Shown: positions 47,239-59,438, counted from the first letter of the stretch. The stretch: 64,000 nt of DNA from an uncultured Pseudomonadota bacterium (GCA_902771535.1 CACXWU010000003.1:20813-84812); one strand, 5' to 3'. A program made the numbers and translations. The notes: generated from the sequence alone by a model not told the origin.

Positions 47239-48290
47239 TTCTTCCCTTTTACCTCTTTTTGTACTTCCGCCTCTGTCTCATAATGTAGCTTCGACTTTTC
47301 CAACTGATCCCGAATGCGATCAAAAATATTCCGCTTTAGGACATTCGTGGTAAATCTTACGGCATTCGCAAAACCAACATCGTCCGTCCCCCCATGGCTT
47401 TTTACCACAACCCCGTTGAGTCCCAAAAGAACTGCTCCGTTGTACAGACGCGGGTCCAATTTCTTCTTTAACTCACTGAGAGACGGTAATGCCAGCAACG
47501 CTCCGATCTTGGAAAGAAACGAACCAGCCAAAGCCTCTTTCAATTCAGAAACTATAAATTTCGCCGTCCCTTCCATGGTTTTAAGAAAAACATTTCCGGT
47601 AAAACCATCGGTTACAATGACATCCACAATTCCTTTGTTTATGTCGTCACCTTCGACAAATCCGATATAGTTATCAAACAACTTCCTGAGAATTTCCGAA
47701 GTTTGCTTGACTAACTTGTTGCCTTTGCATTCCTCAGAACCGATATTCAGCAAAGCGACTGATACGTCTTCCTTTTCAAAAACCGAACGAGCCAGGGCTT
47801 CTCCCATAATCGCAAAATCCACCATATTCTTCACGGAACATTCAGCATTAGCTCCGAGATCTAAACACACCGTGTTAGCTTTTTTCCCGGGAATAACAGT
47901 TCCGATGGCCGGCCTCTCTATACCTTCAATTGTTCTTAAAATGATTTTGGACAAAGCCATGTAAAGACCTGTATTTCCCGCAGAAATGACCGCGGAAGCC
48001 TCTCCCGACTGCACCGCTTGTATAGCCATTCCCATACTGGTATTTTTTCCAGTACGCAAAGAGGACATAACATCCATGTCAGACGTTATAACAGCATCAG
48101 CATGGCGAATCTCATAAGATACTCCCTCGAGAAAATCCTGTTCGTACTTCCTCAGGGTTTCGCTATCACCGAAAATCAAAAAATGGGAATCCGTCCCTTT
48201 GAACTGAGACACCCCCTTCAGAACTGCTTCCGGGGCGTTATCTCCGCCCATACCATCTATAGCGATAATCTGTCGACCGGAAGTAGTCAT
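47235..48290 (-). CDS. plsX: Phosphate acyltransferase PlsX
   Basis: IAIDGMGGDNAP and VSAGNTGLYMA motifs. The start is placed at ATG 48290, which overlaps the rpmF TAA by 1 nt. The track start at 48392 would overlap rpmF. Confidence 0.9.
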   Translation of the reverse strand: MTTSGRQIIAIDGMGGDNAPEAVLKGVSQFKGTDSHFLIFGDSETLRKYEQDFLEGVSYEIRHADAVITSDMDVMSSLRTGKNTSMGMAIQAVQSGEASAVISAGNTGLYMALSKIILRTIEGIERPAIGTVIPGKKANTVCLDLGANAECSVKNMVDFAIMGEALARSVFEKEDVSVALLNIGSEECKGNKLVKQTSEILRKLFDNYIGFVEGDDINKGIVDVIVTDGFTGNVFLKTMEGTAKFIVSELKEALAGSFLSKIGALLALPSLSELKKKLDPRLYNGAVLLGLNGVVVKSHGGTDDVGFANAVRFTTNVLKRNIFDRIRDQLEKSKLHYETEAEVQKEVKGKK

Positions 48291-48478
48291 TACGCTTCTT
48301 GACGCCTGTCTTTCAAAATCTGACGACCGTTGTACATACCGCACATTTTGCATAGGTGATGCGGAAGCTTGGATTCTCCGCAATTCGGACATGCTACAAC
48401 ATTGACAGGTGTAAGAGCCAAGTGCGACCTGCGCATATTTCTCTTTGATTTAGAAACCTTTTTCGTAGGTACTGCCAT
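48290..48478 (-). CDS. rpmF: 50S ribosomal protein L32
   Basis: [19 protein letters not shown]...[14 protein letters not shown], the typical L32 with a zinc ribbon. Confidence 0.95.
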   Translation of the reverse strand: MAVPTKKVSKSKRNMRRSHLALTPVNVVACPNCGESKLPHHLCKMCGMYNGRQILKDRRQEA

Positions 48479-48491
48479 GTTAATCTCCTAA

Positions 48492-50648
<2,157 letters not shown>

Positions 50649-50689
50649 AACCTGAAAAACAGCTTACCCCCTTCCGAACTATTTCCAAT

Positions 50690-50938
50690 TTACTGAATTT
50701 TGCACTGTTGATTCACGACCCCCTTTATCGTTTGCACAATTTGAATCATACTCAGCGCCATTCCTTTTATCATTTTCCAAACTATCGGAGCAATCGCACA
50801 AACAATTTTTGAAATTAAGATTACCGTCTTTTTCAATATTGCAATTATCGTAGGTGCCACCCGCAAAATCTCTGATATTATCTTTCTGATAAAATCTGAA
50901 ATCATAAAAGATGTTTCTTTCAACATAGCCATCTCCAA
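50690..50938 (-). CDS. Small hydrophobic/amphipathic hypothetical protein (about 78-82 aa)
   Basis: Ile/Lys-rich helical sequence ...ISDFIRKIISEILRVAPTIIAILKKTVILISKIVCAIAPIVWKMIKGMALSMIQIV... The start is ambiguous (TTG 50938, ATG 50932 or ATG 50926). No homology recognised. Confidence 0.4.
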   Translation of the reverse strand: MEMAMLKETSFMISDFIRKIISEILRVAPTIIAILKKTVILISKIVCAIAPIVWKMIKGMALSMIQIVQTIKGVVNQQCKIQ

Positions 50939-50941
50939 TAT

Positions 50942-51055
50942 TTATTTTTTAGATATTGCCCGGTACGCATTCATAATCATTGGTATAAATTTAAGAACCA
51001 AGTAAGCTACCAAAATTTGCGGAAACCATGTTATCAGTGTCCAAAGTATACTCAT
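50942..51055 (-). CDS. 37-aa single-TM mini-protein
   Basis: MSILWTLITWFPQILVAYLVLKFIPMIMNAYRAISKK behind an aggaga RBS. It ends 4 nt before the next small ORF. Confidence 0.35.
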   Translation of the reverse strand: MSILWTLITWFPQILVAYLVLKFIPMIMNAYRAISKK

Positions 51056-51429
51056 TTTTTTCTCCTATATTTACCTAAAATAGATATAAGGGCAATTTTT
51101 TTGATCACAAGTAATTTTAAAAAATTTTTGTAAAAAATTTGAATTTTTAAGTGAAGACTATTTTGGAACAGAAATTTTTGAAGATGATTTGCTGCTGAGC
51201 AACATCTGATGGGGCGTTATCAGCAAAACGGATATTTTTTACAAATTATTAACTATTAGTTGTAACAATATCGGGGTGTGGACTCAAAATGCGTTTGGCA
51301 GAACTGTTTACTGAAAGGCATCTGGCGAGAAATGATGATAAAAAAGGTGTTTTCCAAGAAATGTTCAAAAGATAATAAGTTGAAAAGCTTGAATAATTAT
51401 GTTTTTAAAATAAAAAATGAGGAAAAAAA

Positions 51430-53076
51430 ATGGAGCGAATGAAGAAGTATCTGCAAAAAGATTTGATGACTTCGATTGCGGTTTTGGTGATATTTCTGTG
51501 TTTCTTTCATATTACCTATCTCACGCCAATGCAGTGCGATGATTTTTGGTATTACAATATCGGACTGAGTCTGGATAAACATATTAATCATTATTTACAT
51601 TGGTCTGGCAGAATCGTTGCCGATTACTTTTCGTGCGCTTTGCTGCAAATTCCGAGTCACGCTATAACTTCATCCATTATTGCATTTTTCGCTACGGGGA
51701 TTTGTTATTTAATCGTAAAAATTCCGACCGCAATTGATTCCTCTTATATAATAAACTGGTGGAAATTGCTTACTGTTGCCGCTCTCTATTGGATTGCGAA
51801 TCCGCAAATCGAAGATTCGACATTTTGGGTGGTAGGCGCTTGTAATTACGTTGTTACGACATTTTTTGTGCTATTGTTTTTGTATTTTGCGCTGAAAAAT
51901 AGAAATTCGTTTGTGTGGTGGATGGCGATTCTTCCTGTAGTCGCAGGGTGTTCTAACGAAAACACCTGCCTTGCTGTAATTTATTTATTGCTTGCTCTGA
52001 TTTTCGTTTCTTATTGCAAAAAATTAAATTCTCTAACCTTGGATATCACACTAAATAAGAAAATCTTTCTGCTTTATATGACACTATTTACGATCGGAGC
52101 TCTAATTTTAATGATAGCTCCGGGAAATTTTGAAAGACTTCATGCTGGGGTGTGTCAGGATTGGTGCAATTTGCAGCTTTCCGAAAAAATAAAGAAATTC
52201 GCTGATCGTTCTCGTTGGGGGCTTGAGGACATGCGGAACGCTTTTTGGTTTTATCTTTTTATGTTGATAATTGCAGGAATTTCTTTCAAGAAAAATCGAA
52301 AAGCTGTTTCTTGGTCACTGTTGTTTTTTTCTGTCTCTGTAGTATCTCATGTTGTGATGATTGCTTCGCCTTATTTCCCGGGACGTTCTCTGTTTCCTTC
52401 TTTGTGTTTTCTGCTATTGGCTACTTCCTTTCTGATGAATTTGTCCTTACTACGTTATACGGTTTTTAAAGTCCTTCTCGCAGGAGCCATTACGCATATT
52501 TTATGTTTATTCATCAAATTTTTCACAGTGATGTATGTTGGGCATAAAGCAATTATGATTCAGGATGCCATACGCATCGATCACATCAAATATATGAGAG
52601 AAAGAAAAGGCGGACATATCACCGTAGATATTCCTCAACATTACGTTAATCCTGATCTTAGACGATACAATGTCAGTTTTGCTTTCGAATTTATTCCATA
52701 TTTGATGGAAGCGACCTGGAACGGAGTAGACGAGTTAAATCATATTCCCGTTAAGTACGACTATGCTATTTTAAGAACTGGGAAAAACTTTCCGGTCGAC
52801 AATCAAACTGACCTAAAAAACGTAAAAATCTATTTCCAATCAAAATCTCTGTTAGTTCCAGAAAGCACCGTTATACTGGAAAGCGCGGATCCAATCCGCA
52901 ACGGTTTGATTTTTTTCTACAAAAACGGAAAGAGTCAGAAGAAAATTGAGTTAAATGAACAGGTAATCGAACTGCAAGGAAAATATTATACAGGCATAAC
53001 AATAGAAAATACCTTGGATTTAAAAGAGGCTGTCATAAAGACATCTACGAAAGACAAATATAAACTCTCGCCTTAA
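51430..53076 (+). CDS. Polytopic membrane protein, GT-C-like glycosyltransferase candidate
   Basis: 548-aa ORF with about 12 predicted TM helices and an acidic DD motif in the first loop (PMQCDDFWYY). A soluble C-terminal domain of about 160 aa follows. Family assignment is tentative. Confidence 0.5.
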   Translation: MERMKKYLQKDLMTSIAVLVIFLCFFHITYLTPMQCDDFWYYNIGLSLDKHINHYLHWSGRIVADYFSCALLQIPSHAITSSIIAFFATGICYLIVKIPTAIDSSYIINWWKLLTVAALYWIANPQIEDSTFWVVGACNYVVTTFFVLLFLYFALKNRNSFVWWMAILPVVAGCSNENTCLAVIYLLLALIFVSYCKKLNSLTLDITLNKKIFLLYMTLFTIGALILMIAPGNFERLHAGVCQDWCNLQLSEKIKKFADRSRWGLEDMRNAFWFYLFMLIIAGISFKKNRKAVSWSLLFFSVSVVSHVVMIASPYFPGRSLFPSLCFLLLATSFLMNLSLLRYTVFKVLLAGAITHILCLFIKFFTVMYVGHKAIMIQDAIRIDHIKYMRERKGGHITVDIPQHYVNPDLRRYNVSFAFEFIPYLMEATWNGVDELNHIPVKYDYAILRTGKNFPVDNQTDLKNVKIYFQSKSLLVPESTVILESADPIRNGLIFFYKNGKSQKKIELNEQVIELQGKYYTGITIENTLDLKEAVIKTSTKDKYKLSP

Positions 53077-53098
53077 GCGTCGGCTCAAGCTATCTTTT

Positions 53099-54013
53099 TT
53101 AGGCAGCAAACTCATCAACAAGATCAAAAGAACCACCCTCCACGAATTTCGCATCGGGCATTTGGTTTCTGAACCAAGTCGATTGGCGTTTAGCATATTG
53201 TCGCGTTCGAATAACCATTTGATCGATCAGCTCCTCCAAGGAAACTTTCTTATTCAAAAATTCTCGAAGTTCGGTGAAGCCTATAACCCTATCCAAAGGT
53301 CCTTTATAATTTGGATACCGCGAAAGAAATTCTTGAACCTCCTCCATTGCGCCGTTATTTACCATTTGAACAGCTCTTTTCAAGATATTTTCTCGCAATT
53401 TTTCTTTTGGAGGTAACAGTATCAAGGTCTTTATATTTTTGTACTTGGAATTATTCCCCTGACTCCACCAATAAGAGAGAGACTTTCCAGTAAAAGATAC
53501 CACTTCGTAAGCTCGCAATATTCTCTGCGTATTATTCGGATTCAACTTGTTGTCCGGATCTAATTTCAGCAACTCCTCCATAAATTTCTCTCGGCCGATT
53601 TTTTGAAATCTTTCCCAAACTTCTTTTCGATAACTTGCGGGAACATCAGGAATTTTCGCAATCCCGCGGACAATAGCATTCAAATAAAAACCCGTTCCAC
53701 CACAAAGAATCGGCACCTTTCCTTGCGCATGCAGCTCATCAATTTTTGCTTCCGCGACCTCTCTCCACTTACCAACAGAATATGTTTCAAAAGGTTTAAG
53801 TATTCCGAACAAATGATGAGGTACGCGACTCATTTCATCTGGACTAGGGAAAGCCGACAATATTTTCAGATCGTTATACAATTGAATACTATCAGCATTT
53901 ATAATTTCGCAGCAAATTCCTTTTTCTTTAAAATTTTCGGACAACTCGATTGCTAAACCGGTCTTACCCGAAGCAGTCGGTCCCGCGATGATAAAAACAG
54001 GAAATAAATTCAT
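53099..54013 (-). CDS. miaA: tRNA dimethylallyltransferase
   Basis: P-loop IIAGPTASGKTGLAIEL plus the QLYNDLKILSAFP and CGGTGFY motifs. The start at ATG 54013 avoids overlap with htrA. Confidence 0.9.
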   Translation of the reverse strand: MNLFPVFIIAGPTASGKTGLAIELSENFKEKGICCEIINADSIQLYNDLKILSAFPSPDEMSRVPHHLFGILKPFETYSVGKWREVAEAKIDELHAQGKVPILCGGTGFYLNAIVRGIAKIPDVPASYRKEVWERFQKIGREKFMEELLKLDPDNKLNPNNTQRILRAYEVVSFTGKSLSYWWSQGNNSKYKNIKTLILLPPKEKLRENILKRAVQMVNNGAMEEVQEFLSRYPNYKGPLDRVIGFTELREFLNKKVSLEELIDQMVIRTRQYAKRQSTWFRNQMPDAKFVEGGSFDLVDEFAA

Positions 54014-54023
54014 AGTTTTCAAC

Positions 54024-55466
54024 TCAGCGAGAAAATTCTTTCTTCTGACTCTTCTCATTCCCACAATTTATGACAACAAACTCCGGATTTTTTATCATCA
54101 GAGGATCTTTCACGTACAAAACAACACCATTTTTTCCTTTTGTAGATTCTAAAGCAGCTTTCAGATCGATCAAATTACTAATACGTTTCCCATTCACTTG
54201 TGATATCAAACTCCCGACTCTGACACCGGAATTATCCGACGAAGAAGAGCCCACAAATAGAATGAAAACCCCGCTGTCATCGGATGATATTCTAAACTTT
54301 TTTTTCACTTTTTTCGTAAGATTACAAATATCTGCCAACCTTAAAACCAGACCAGATATCTCTATCTGCTCATAAGGTATATCTTTAATCAGATTATCTG
54401 TTTCGTCGAGAAACGATATATCCTCGTCATTGTAATCCTTAACTCTGATACTCATCATCCTTTTTTTTCCGTCTCGCATAATCTGAATAGGTATAACTTT
54501 ATCGATCGGTAAATTATTTAGAAGGTATTCTACGTTTATTTTTTTATTAATATCTTTATTATTCACTTGTAGAATTATGTCTCCGTCCTGAATTCCTGCA
54601 GACATTGCCGGAGATTCTTCACTAACATTTGCCACATAATAACCATCACTTCTCCCCAACAATATACTTGAAGCATCCGAAGGCATCTTACAAGCAGAAA
54701 TTCCGAGCCAGCTTCGCCTTATTTTTCCAAAAACCTTCAATTGATCGATAATTTTCTGGAGAAGATTAGAAGGGATAGCAAAACATATTCCGCTCCCCGG
54801 AATAAAAGCGGTAATCATACCGATTACTTTTTCTCCTTTTTCCAAAAACAAAGGTCCTCCAGAGTTACCGTAATTTATATTAACATTTGCTTGAATATAA
54901 GATGAAAACTGTTTATTTTCTCCAAATGCGGGAACTTGATCAAAATTTCCATCCTTACGCAAAATATTACCCGGTGTAGCTGTTTTTCCTAATCCGAAAG
55001 GGTTCCCTACGGCAATTACTCTATCGAAAACTTTAACTTTATCCGAATCTCCGAATTTTACAGGTAATAATCTAGCACTTTTACTCAAATCTATTTTCAA
55101 CAAGGCTACATCGTCATATTCGTCTTTACCAACCACTTGGGCGATATATTTTTTACCATCAGAAGTGGCAATCCGAACACTGTCACTTGAATCTATAACA
55201 TGCCAATTTGTTACTATATATCCATCTTCAGATATGATAAACCCGGAACCCGTGGAGGTTTTATCTTCTGTCCCATCTTCATCCGCAACTATCACATCGA
55301 CTACCGTATTCATCAACTGATAAACGTCCTTTTGAATGATGGCATCGACCGTACGATCGTCATAAATCTGAGTGTTTACGTCAACAGCCGGATCTCCATA
55401 ATCTTTAGCTTGAACATCATTTACAGATAAACAGAAACTAACCACAACTATGAATAGACTGATCAT
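54024..55466 (-). CDS. htrA: HtrA/DegP-family periplasmic serine protease with two PDZ domains
   Basis: Signal peptide, then the catalytic triad contexts TNWHV, DDVALLKI and GNSGGPLF. PDZ-like segments follow. Confidence 0.9.
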   Translation of the reverse strand: MISLFIVVVSFCLSVNDVQAKDYGDPAVDVNTQIYDDRTVDAIIQKDVYQLMNTVVDVIVADEDGTEDKTSTGSGFIISEDGYIVTNWHVIDSSDSVRIATSDGKKYIAQVVGKDEYDDVALLKIDLSKSARLLPVKFGDSDKVKVFDRVIAVGNPFGLGKTATPGNILRKDGNFDQVPAFGENKQFSSYIQANVNINYGNSGGPLFLEKGEKVIGMITAFIPGSGICFAIPSNLLQKIIDQLKVFGKIRRSWLGISACKMPSDASSILLGRSDGYYVANVSEESPAMSAGIQDGDIILQVNNKDINKKINVEYLLNNLPIDKVIPIQIMRDGKKRMMSIRVKDYNDEDISFLDETDNLIKDIPYEQIEISGLVLRLADICNLTKKVKKKFRISSDDSGVFILFVGSSSSDNSGVRVGSLISQVNGKRISNLIDLKAALESTKGKNGVVLYVKDPLMIKNPEFVVINCGNEKSQKKEFSR

Positions 55467-55468
55467 GA

Positions 55469-56314
55469 CTAATTCTTCCCCTTCATCACATTAAAGAATG
55501 GCCCATCTGTCGCAATAACAAAAGATGTATTCTTCTTCAAAAACGACTTTTTGTAAGTCTCCAATGTTTGGAAAAACTCGAAAAACCTTTTATCTTTCGA
55601 AAAAGCTTCCGTGTAAATTTTATTTGCCTCAAGCTCCCCTTCCGCGATCAAGGTCTGAACCTTGGCATCAGCCTGAGCTATTGCAATGGCGTTTTCCTTA
55701 TCTGCAGTTGACTTTATTATTTTGGAAAGCTCGACACCTTTCGCTCGCAGCTCCTTCGCTTCCCTTTCGCGCTCGCTGATCATTCTTTTGCAAATGGCTT
55801 CACTGTTTTGGGAAGGCAAATCCGTCTTGCGAATACGAACATCAACCACGTCTATGCCGAACCCTTTGACGGCGGAGTTTACTTCGTCGCGAATTTTATT
55901 CATAGCAGAAATTCTCGTATCGGATAAAAGGGAAGACAAACTGACCCCACCCAACACGCTGCTGAGACTACCGAGAACGACGGGATGTAATCTGGTCAGA
56001 ACTCCTTGCTCACTACCGACCGCTTGATAAAATTTCAACGGATCGGTAATCCTGTAGCGACCAAAAGCATCGACCATAATACGCCTTTTGTCTCCCAACG
56101 TAACCTCGAGAGCAGAAAGCTCCACACTCAACAATCTCTTATCAAAGAATGCAACCGTTTCCATGAACGGAATCTTAAAGTGCAATCCCGGTGTCTTAAC
56201 GACTCTGACAGGCTCTCCCAAACGAGTCACCACGACGCTTTCGATCTGATTTACCGTAAACAATCCATCCACCAAAACAAAAAAAACTACAGCAGCAAAT
56301 ATTATTTTTTTCAT
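55469..56314 (-). CDS. hflC: Protease modulator HflC (SPFH family)
   Basis: 281-aa ORF with an N-terminal TM helix and a band-7/SPFH domain. It overlaps hflK by 4 nt. Confidence 0.85.
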   Translation of the reverse strand: MKKIIFAAVVFFVLVDGLFTVNQIESVVVTRLGEPVRVVKTPGLHFKIPFMETVAFFDKRLLSVELSALEVTLGDKRRIMVDAFGRYRITDPLKFYQAVGSEQGVLTRLHPVVLGSLSSVLGGVSLSSLLSDTRISAMNKIRDEVNSAVKGFGIDVVDVRIRKTDLPSQNSEAICKRMISEREREAKELRAKGVELSKIIKSTADKENAIAIAQADAKVQTLIAEGELEANKIYTEAFSKDKRFFEFFQTLETYKKSFLKKNTSFVIATDGPFFNVMKGKN

Positions 56315-57333
56315 TTCACATCCTCCGCCTTGCTTTTATTTAATTCGGTGAGCGGCAAATAAGAAACCGCCTTCAAGTTGTTATCAACCACTATTTTTTG
56401 CGTGTTTTTATAGATATCGTGCATGGCTTCGAGATATAACCTCTTAGACACAATATCCGGCGACAACTTGTATTGAGAATAGGCCGAGAGAAATCTGGCG
56501 ACACTTCCTTTTGCTTTTTCAATTATGGACGCTTTCTGGGCTTCTCCGTTGTTTATCTTCTCGGCAATCAAACCTCTCGTTCGTGCCCTTGTATCTCTGT
56601 CGTAAGCTTCCGCTCTGTTTTTCTCACTTTGCTGTTCCGCCTGAGCTCTTTCCACATCTCGGAAAGAATCAATAACCGAAGCAGGTGGTTCGACCTTTTG
56701 CAGTTCAATTCGGATAATTTCTATACCCATTTTGTACTCATCCATAATCGCCTGAAGCCCCGCTTTCGCTTTATTTTGAACGTCTCCACGACCTTCGGTC
56801 TGTACATAGGTAAACGGAGTTTGCCCGACAATATCTCTCATCACACTTTCAGCGAATGCTCTTACCGTAAGTTCAGGCTTCTTTGCATTAAAAAGATAAT
56901 CTTCGACGCCGTTGTCCTTGATTTTCCAAAGAACACTGAAAGATATGTTCGCCAAATTTGAGTCTCCCGTAAGCATCAAACTTTCTTCCTGTTGATTATC
57001 ACTAGAAATATCTATCTGATTTACCTTAGTAACCTCCGGCAAAATCACTTGTTCGAAAGGATAAGGCAAAACATATCGCAACCCCGGACCGACCGTCCTA
57101 ACCCACTCACCAAATCTTAATACAACTCCACATTGATCATGCTGTACCTGTAAAAATCCGGAACCAAAGTACAGAATAATTAACGCCAAACAGACTCCCG
57201 CGAAATTCCCTTTTATAGGACTTTTATTAAAGACTTTTCCAAAATTTTGCTTTATATCTTCGACGAATTCTCTCGGAGTATCGCTCCCCCAGGAATTATC
57301 TCCATCGTCATCCCAAGGATTCTTTTTGGACAT
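56311..57333 (-). CDS. hflK: Protease modulator HflK (SPFH family)
   Basis: 340-aa ORF with the typical N-terminus NPWDDDGD, one TM helix, an SPFH domain and a coiled C-terminus. Confidence 0.85.
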   Translation of the reverse strand: MSKKNPWDDDGDNSWGSDTPREFVEDIKQNFGKVFNKSPIKGNFAGVCLALIILYFGSGFLQVQHDQCGVVLRFGEWVRTVGPGLRYVLPYPFEQVILPEVTKVNQIDISSDNQQEESLMLTGDSNLANISFSVLWKIKDNGVEDYLFNAKKPELTVRAFAESVMRDIVGQTPFTYVQTEGRGDVQNKAKAGLQAIMDEYKMGIEIIRIELQKVEPPASVIDSFRDVERAQAEQQSEKNRAEAYDRDTRARTRGLIAEKINNGEAQKASIIEKAKGSVARFLSAYSQYKLSPDIVSKRLYLEAMHDIYKNTQKIVVDNNLKAVSYLPLTELNKSKAEDVK

Positions 57334-57431
57334 GAAAAAACTCCTTCCTTATAACATTGATAATACCAAAAAGGCCATAAAAAAAAAAGAACTCCTACAC
57401 TTATCGAAGTATCTCGAAGACATAATCAAAC

Positions 57432-57460
57432 AAAAAAAATTCTCCGATCTCTCGGAGAAT
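57432..57460 (-). terminator. Rho-independent terminator after the usher-like OMP gene
   Basis: The minus strand reads attctccga gaga tcggagaat followed by tttttttg. Confidence 0.7.
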
Positions 57461-57492
57461 TTCTGAATAAATCTCGATAACGGAACTTTGAA

Positions 57493-59340
57493 TTATTTCC
57501 TGAAATCTTCGGCCGTACGAATAATGTTGAAGTCATTTTTCCGTACTGCTCTGAAGCCTTTCGGCGTCAAGCTTGTACCAAATATAACCGTCTGGTCGTT
57601 TTTATGTTCATCCCTTGTACCGGCTGTCTTGTCCTCATAACTGTCGGAAATATTTTCTTCAACTTTTATGCCAAAGTATTCATTGTCATATTTAACAGAG
57701 AACACCGGACAGCTCTTTCCCGGCATTCTGAAGTATTCAGCCTGAACTTCAAGTCCCTTAATTGCCTCAGGAGTATAGGTAATCGAACCGTATTTTTTCA
57801 TCCTCTCCTGATCCAAGTGGGAATAAGTTCCCTTGATCGAAACTTCGGAATTCAGGTTGATGTTACAAGCAAGAGTCAATCTTTTGTCCGGAGATTTGCG
57901 GTTTCTGCCTTTTGTCGGGTCGTCATAGGTTAATCCTGCAACCGCGGTTACAATGCAACCTTCAAATGGAGATTTTGTCAAACTAACCGAGTAATCTCTG
58001 TAATTGTTGGTATTTCCCTCGTGATTGTTTGACCAAGCTCCCATGAAAGTGAACCCCGGAGTGTATCCGTGAATAGGATCAGTATACAACCTAACCATCG
58101 CTGATCTGGAATTCTCGGGACTAAAAGGACCATTTTTCAACTGGAATTTGTTGGCCAAATCCGAGAAATATTCATCCATGTAATCATCATAATCTTCAGC
58201 TTTCTCCTCGGAAACTTTCAGATCACCGTACCCCCTACCCTTCGCACTGAGATAAGCCTCCAAGTGAATTCCGTAAGAATTTTCTGGCAAAGCATAGAAT
58301 ATTCCCGCGCCGGCAGCCCTCTTTCCGTGATATGTATCAGTAAATCCGACATTCGGAGCAATCTTTCCGTACGGAGTCTTGAAAATTACATTGAAATCCA
58401 ATCCGTAAGAATTGTTATGTCCCTGGACACCGAAAGCAAAAGTCACATTCTCGATCGGTGTGAACCTGTAATTTCCGTTAAAACGCGGCTTGCTGCGATA
58501 CCGAATCTTGTACGGATCGTCTACATTCCAGTAATGAGTAAATGCCACGGTCAAATCGAAGTCATCTGTTCCCAAATCAGGCATATCGTACCCGCTAAAG
58601 TAATCAACCGTGAAAGTTTCCGATCTGCTTAACTGATCTGAAATCTTCACTGTCACCCCCGGCAATTTAGCTTCTTCCCCTAAATCATCTACGGTGTAAG
58701 TTCCCGGAGGCAAAATCGTAACTCGTAAAATTTCGTCGCCAAGTCTGACCTCCGCCTTACTTAATTTTGTGATAACGATAGGCAACCCTGGATTTTTGAT
58801 TTTTCCATTATCACCCTGTCTAGCGATGTTAATACCACCACCCGAAAACGGCTGTTGAAACCCAATCGTATTTCTGGTCGCAACGTCACCTACAACAATC
58901 TGTATATTATGTGCCTTGTCATTGTAAATTGCTCGAGCATAATTTCTGTAAAAGTGAGGCTTATCTATCGTATTTTCAAATCCTTTCAAAGCGGCATCCC
59001 TGATACCAGCAATGGAGTAATTATCAAAAAAGTCAGGAATATTTCCCGTAATCCTGCTCATACCTTTCACACCTTTCAGAAATCCCGCGTACTTGGCGGA
59101 ACGCCCGTAGGAAAAATCCGCATCAATTACCAAGTTCCCCAAATCGAGAAACGGGTTGAAACAAACCATCGAAGTATTTTTCGGTCCGAAAGGATAAGTA
59201 TTATTCACTCTCATGTGAGCAGCTTTCACATTAAGAAAACTTCCCTCAAATATCCCCGCTGACCCTGAATTTTCGGCATGAGCTAACAACGAGCTACACA
59301 CAAAACTCGAAACAACAAACAAACCTGTTTTTTTACACAT
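57493..59340 (-). CDS. Putative outer-membrane beta-barrel protein with a fimbrial-usher-like central segment
   Basis: Signal peptide MCKKTGLFVVSSFVCSSLLAHA. The segment AEVRLGDEILRVTILPPGTYTVDDLGEEAKLPGVTVKISDQLSRSETFTVDYFS resembles the usher pattern seen in FimD/PapC: (A)xVxv.qNG..iy...VpPGpF.I.DL....ggDL.V.v.E.dG....f.VpY. This comparison is from memory. At 615 aa it is shorter than classical ushers. Confidence 0.4.
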   Translation of the reverse strand: MCKKTGLFVVSSFVCSSLLAHAENSGSAGIFEGSFLNVKAAHMRVNNTYPFGPKNTSMVCFNPFLDLGNLVIDADFSYGRSAKYAGFLKGVKGMSRITGNIPDFFDNYSIAGIRDAALKGFENTIDKPHFYRNYARAIYNDKAHNIQIVVGDVATRNTIGFQQPFSGGGINIARQGDNGKIKNPGLPIVITKLSKAEVRLGDEILRVTILPPGTYTVDDLGEEAKLPGVTVKISDQLSRSETFTVDYFSGYDMPDLGTDDFDLTVAFTHYWNVDDPYKIRYRSKPRFNGNYRFTPIENVTFAFGVQGHNNSYGLDFNVIFKTPYGKIAPNVGFTDTYHGKRAAGAGIFYALPENSYGIHLEAYLSAKGRGYGDLKVSEEKAEDYDDYMDEYFSDLANKFQLKNGPFSPENSRSAMVRLYTDPIHGYTPGFTFMGAWSNNHEGNTNNYRDYSVSLTKSPFEGCIVTAVAGLTYDDPTKGRNRKSPDKRLTLACNINLNSEVSIKGTYSHLDQERMKKYGSITYTPEAIKGLEVQAEYFRMPGKSCPVFSVKYDNEYFGIKVEENISDSYEDKTAGTRDEHKNDQTVIFGTSLTPKGFRAVRKNDFNIIRTAEDFRK

Positions 59341-59438
59341 ACAACCTTCCTAACACAAAAACCTCGTAATGCTATCACAAAAAACACAATTTGTGAAAAA
59401 TTATTTAAATTCATTGATAATACGATTCTTTTTTAAGA

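Noticed and set aside
48291-48392. N-terminal extensions suggested by the ORF track (plsX to 48392, hscB to 39716, LRR1 from 4308, HExxH protein from 19118, clpB to 28444, miaA to 54064, XRE from 41795).
   Set aside because: In each case an internal ATG with a better RBS gives the canonical N-terminus and removes overlap with the upstream gene.
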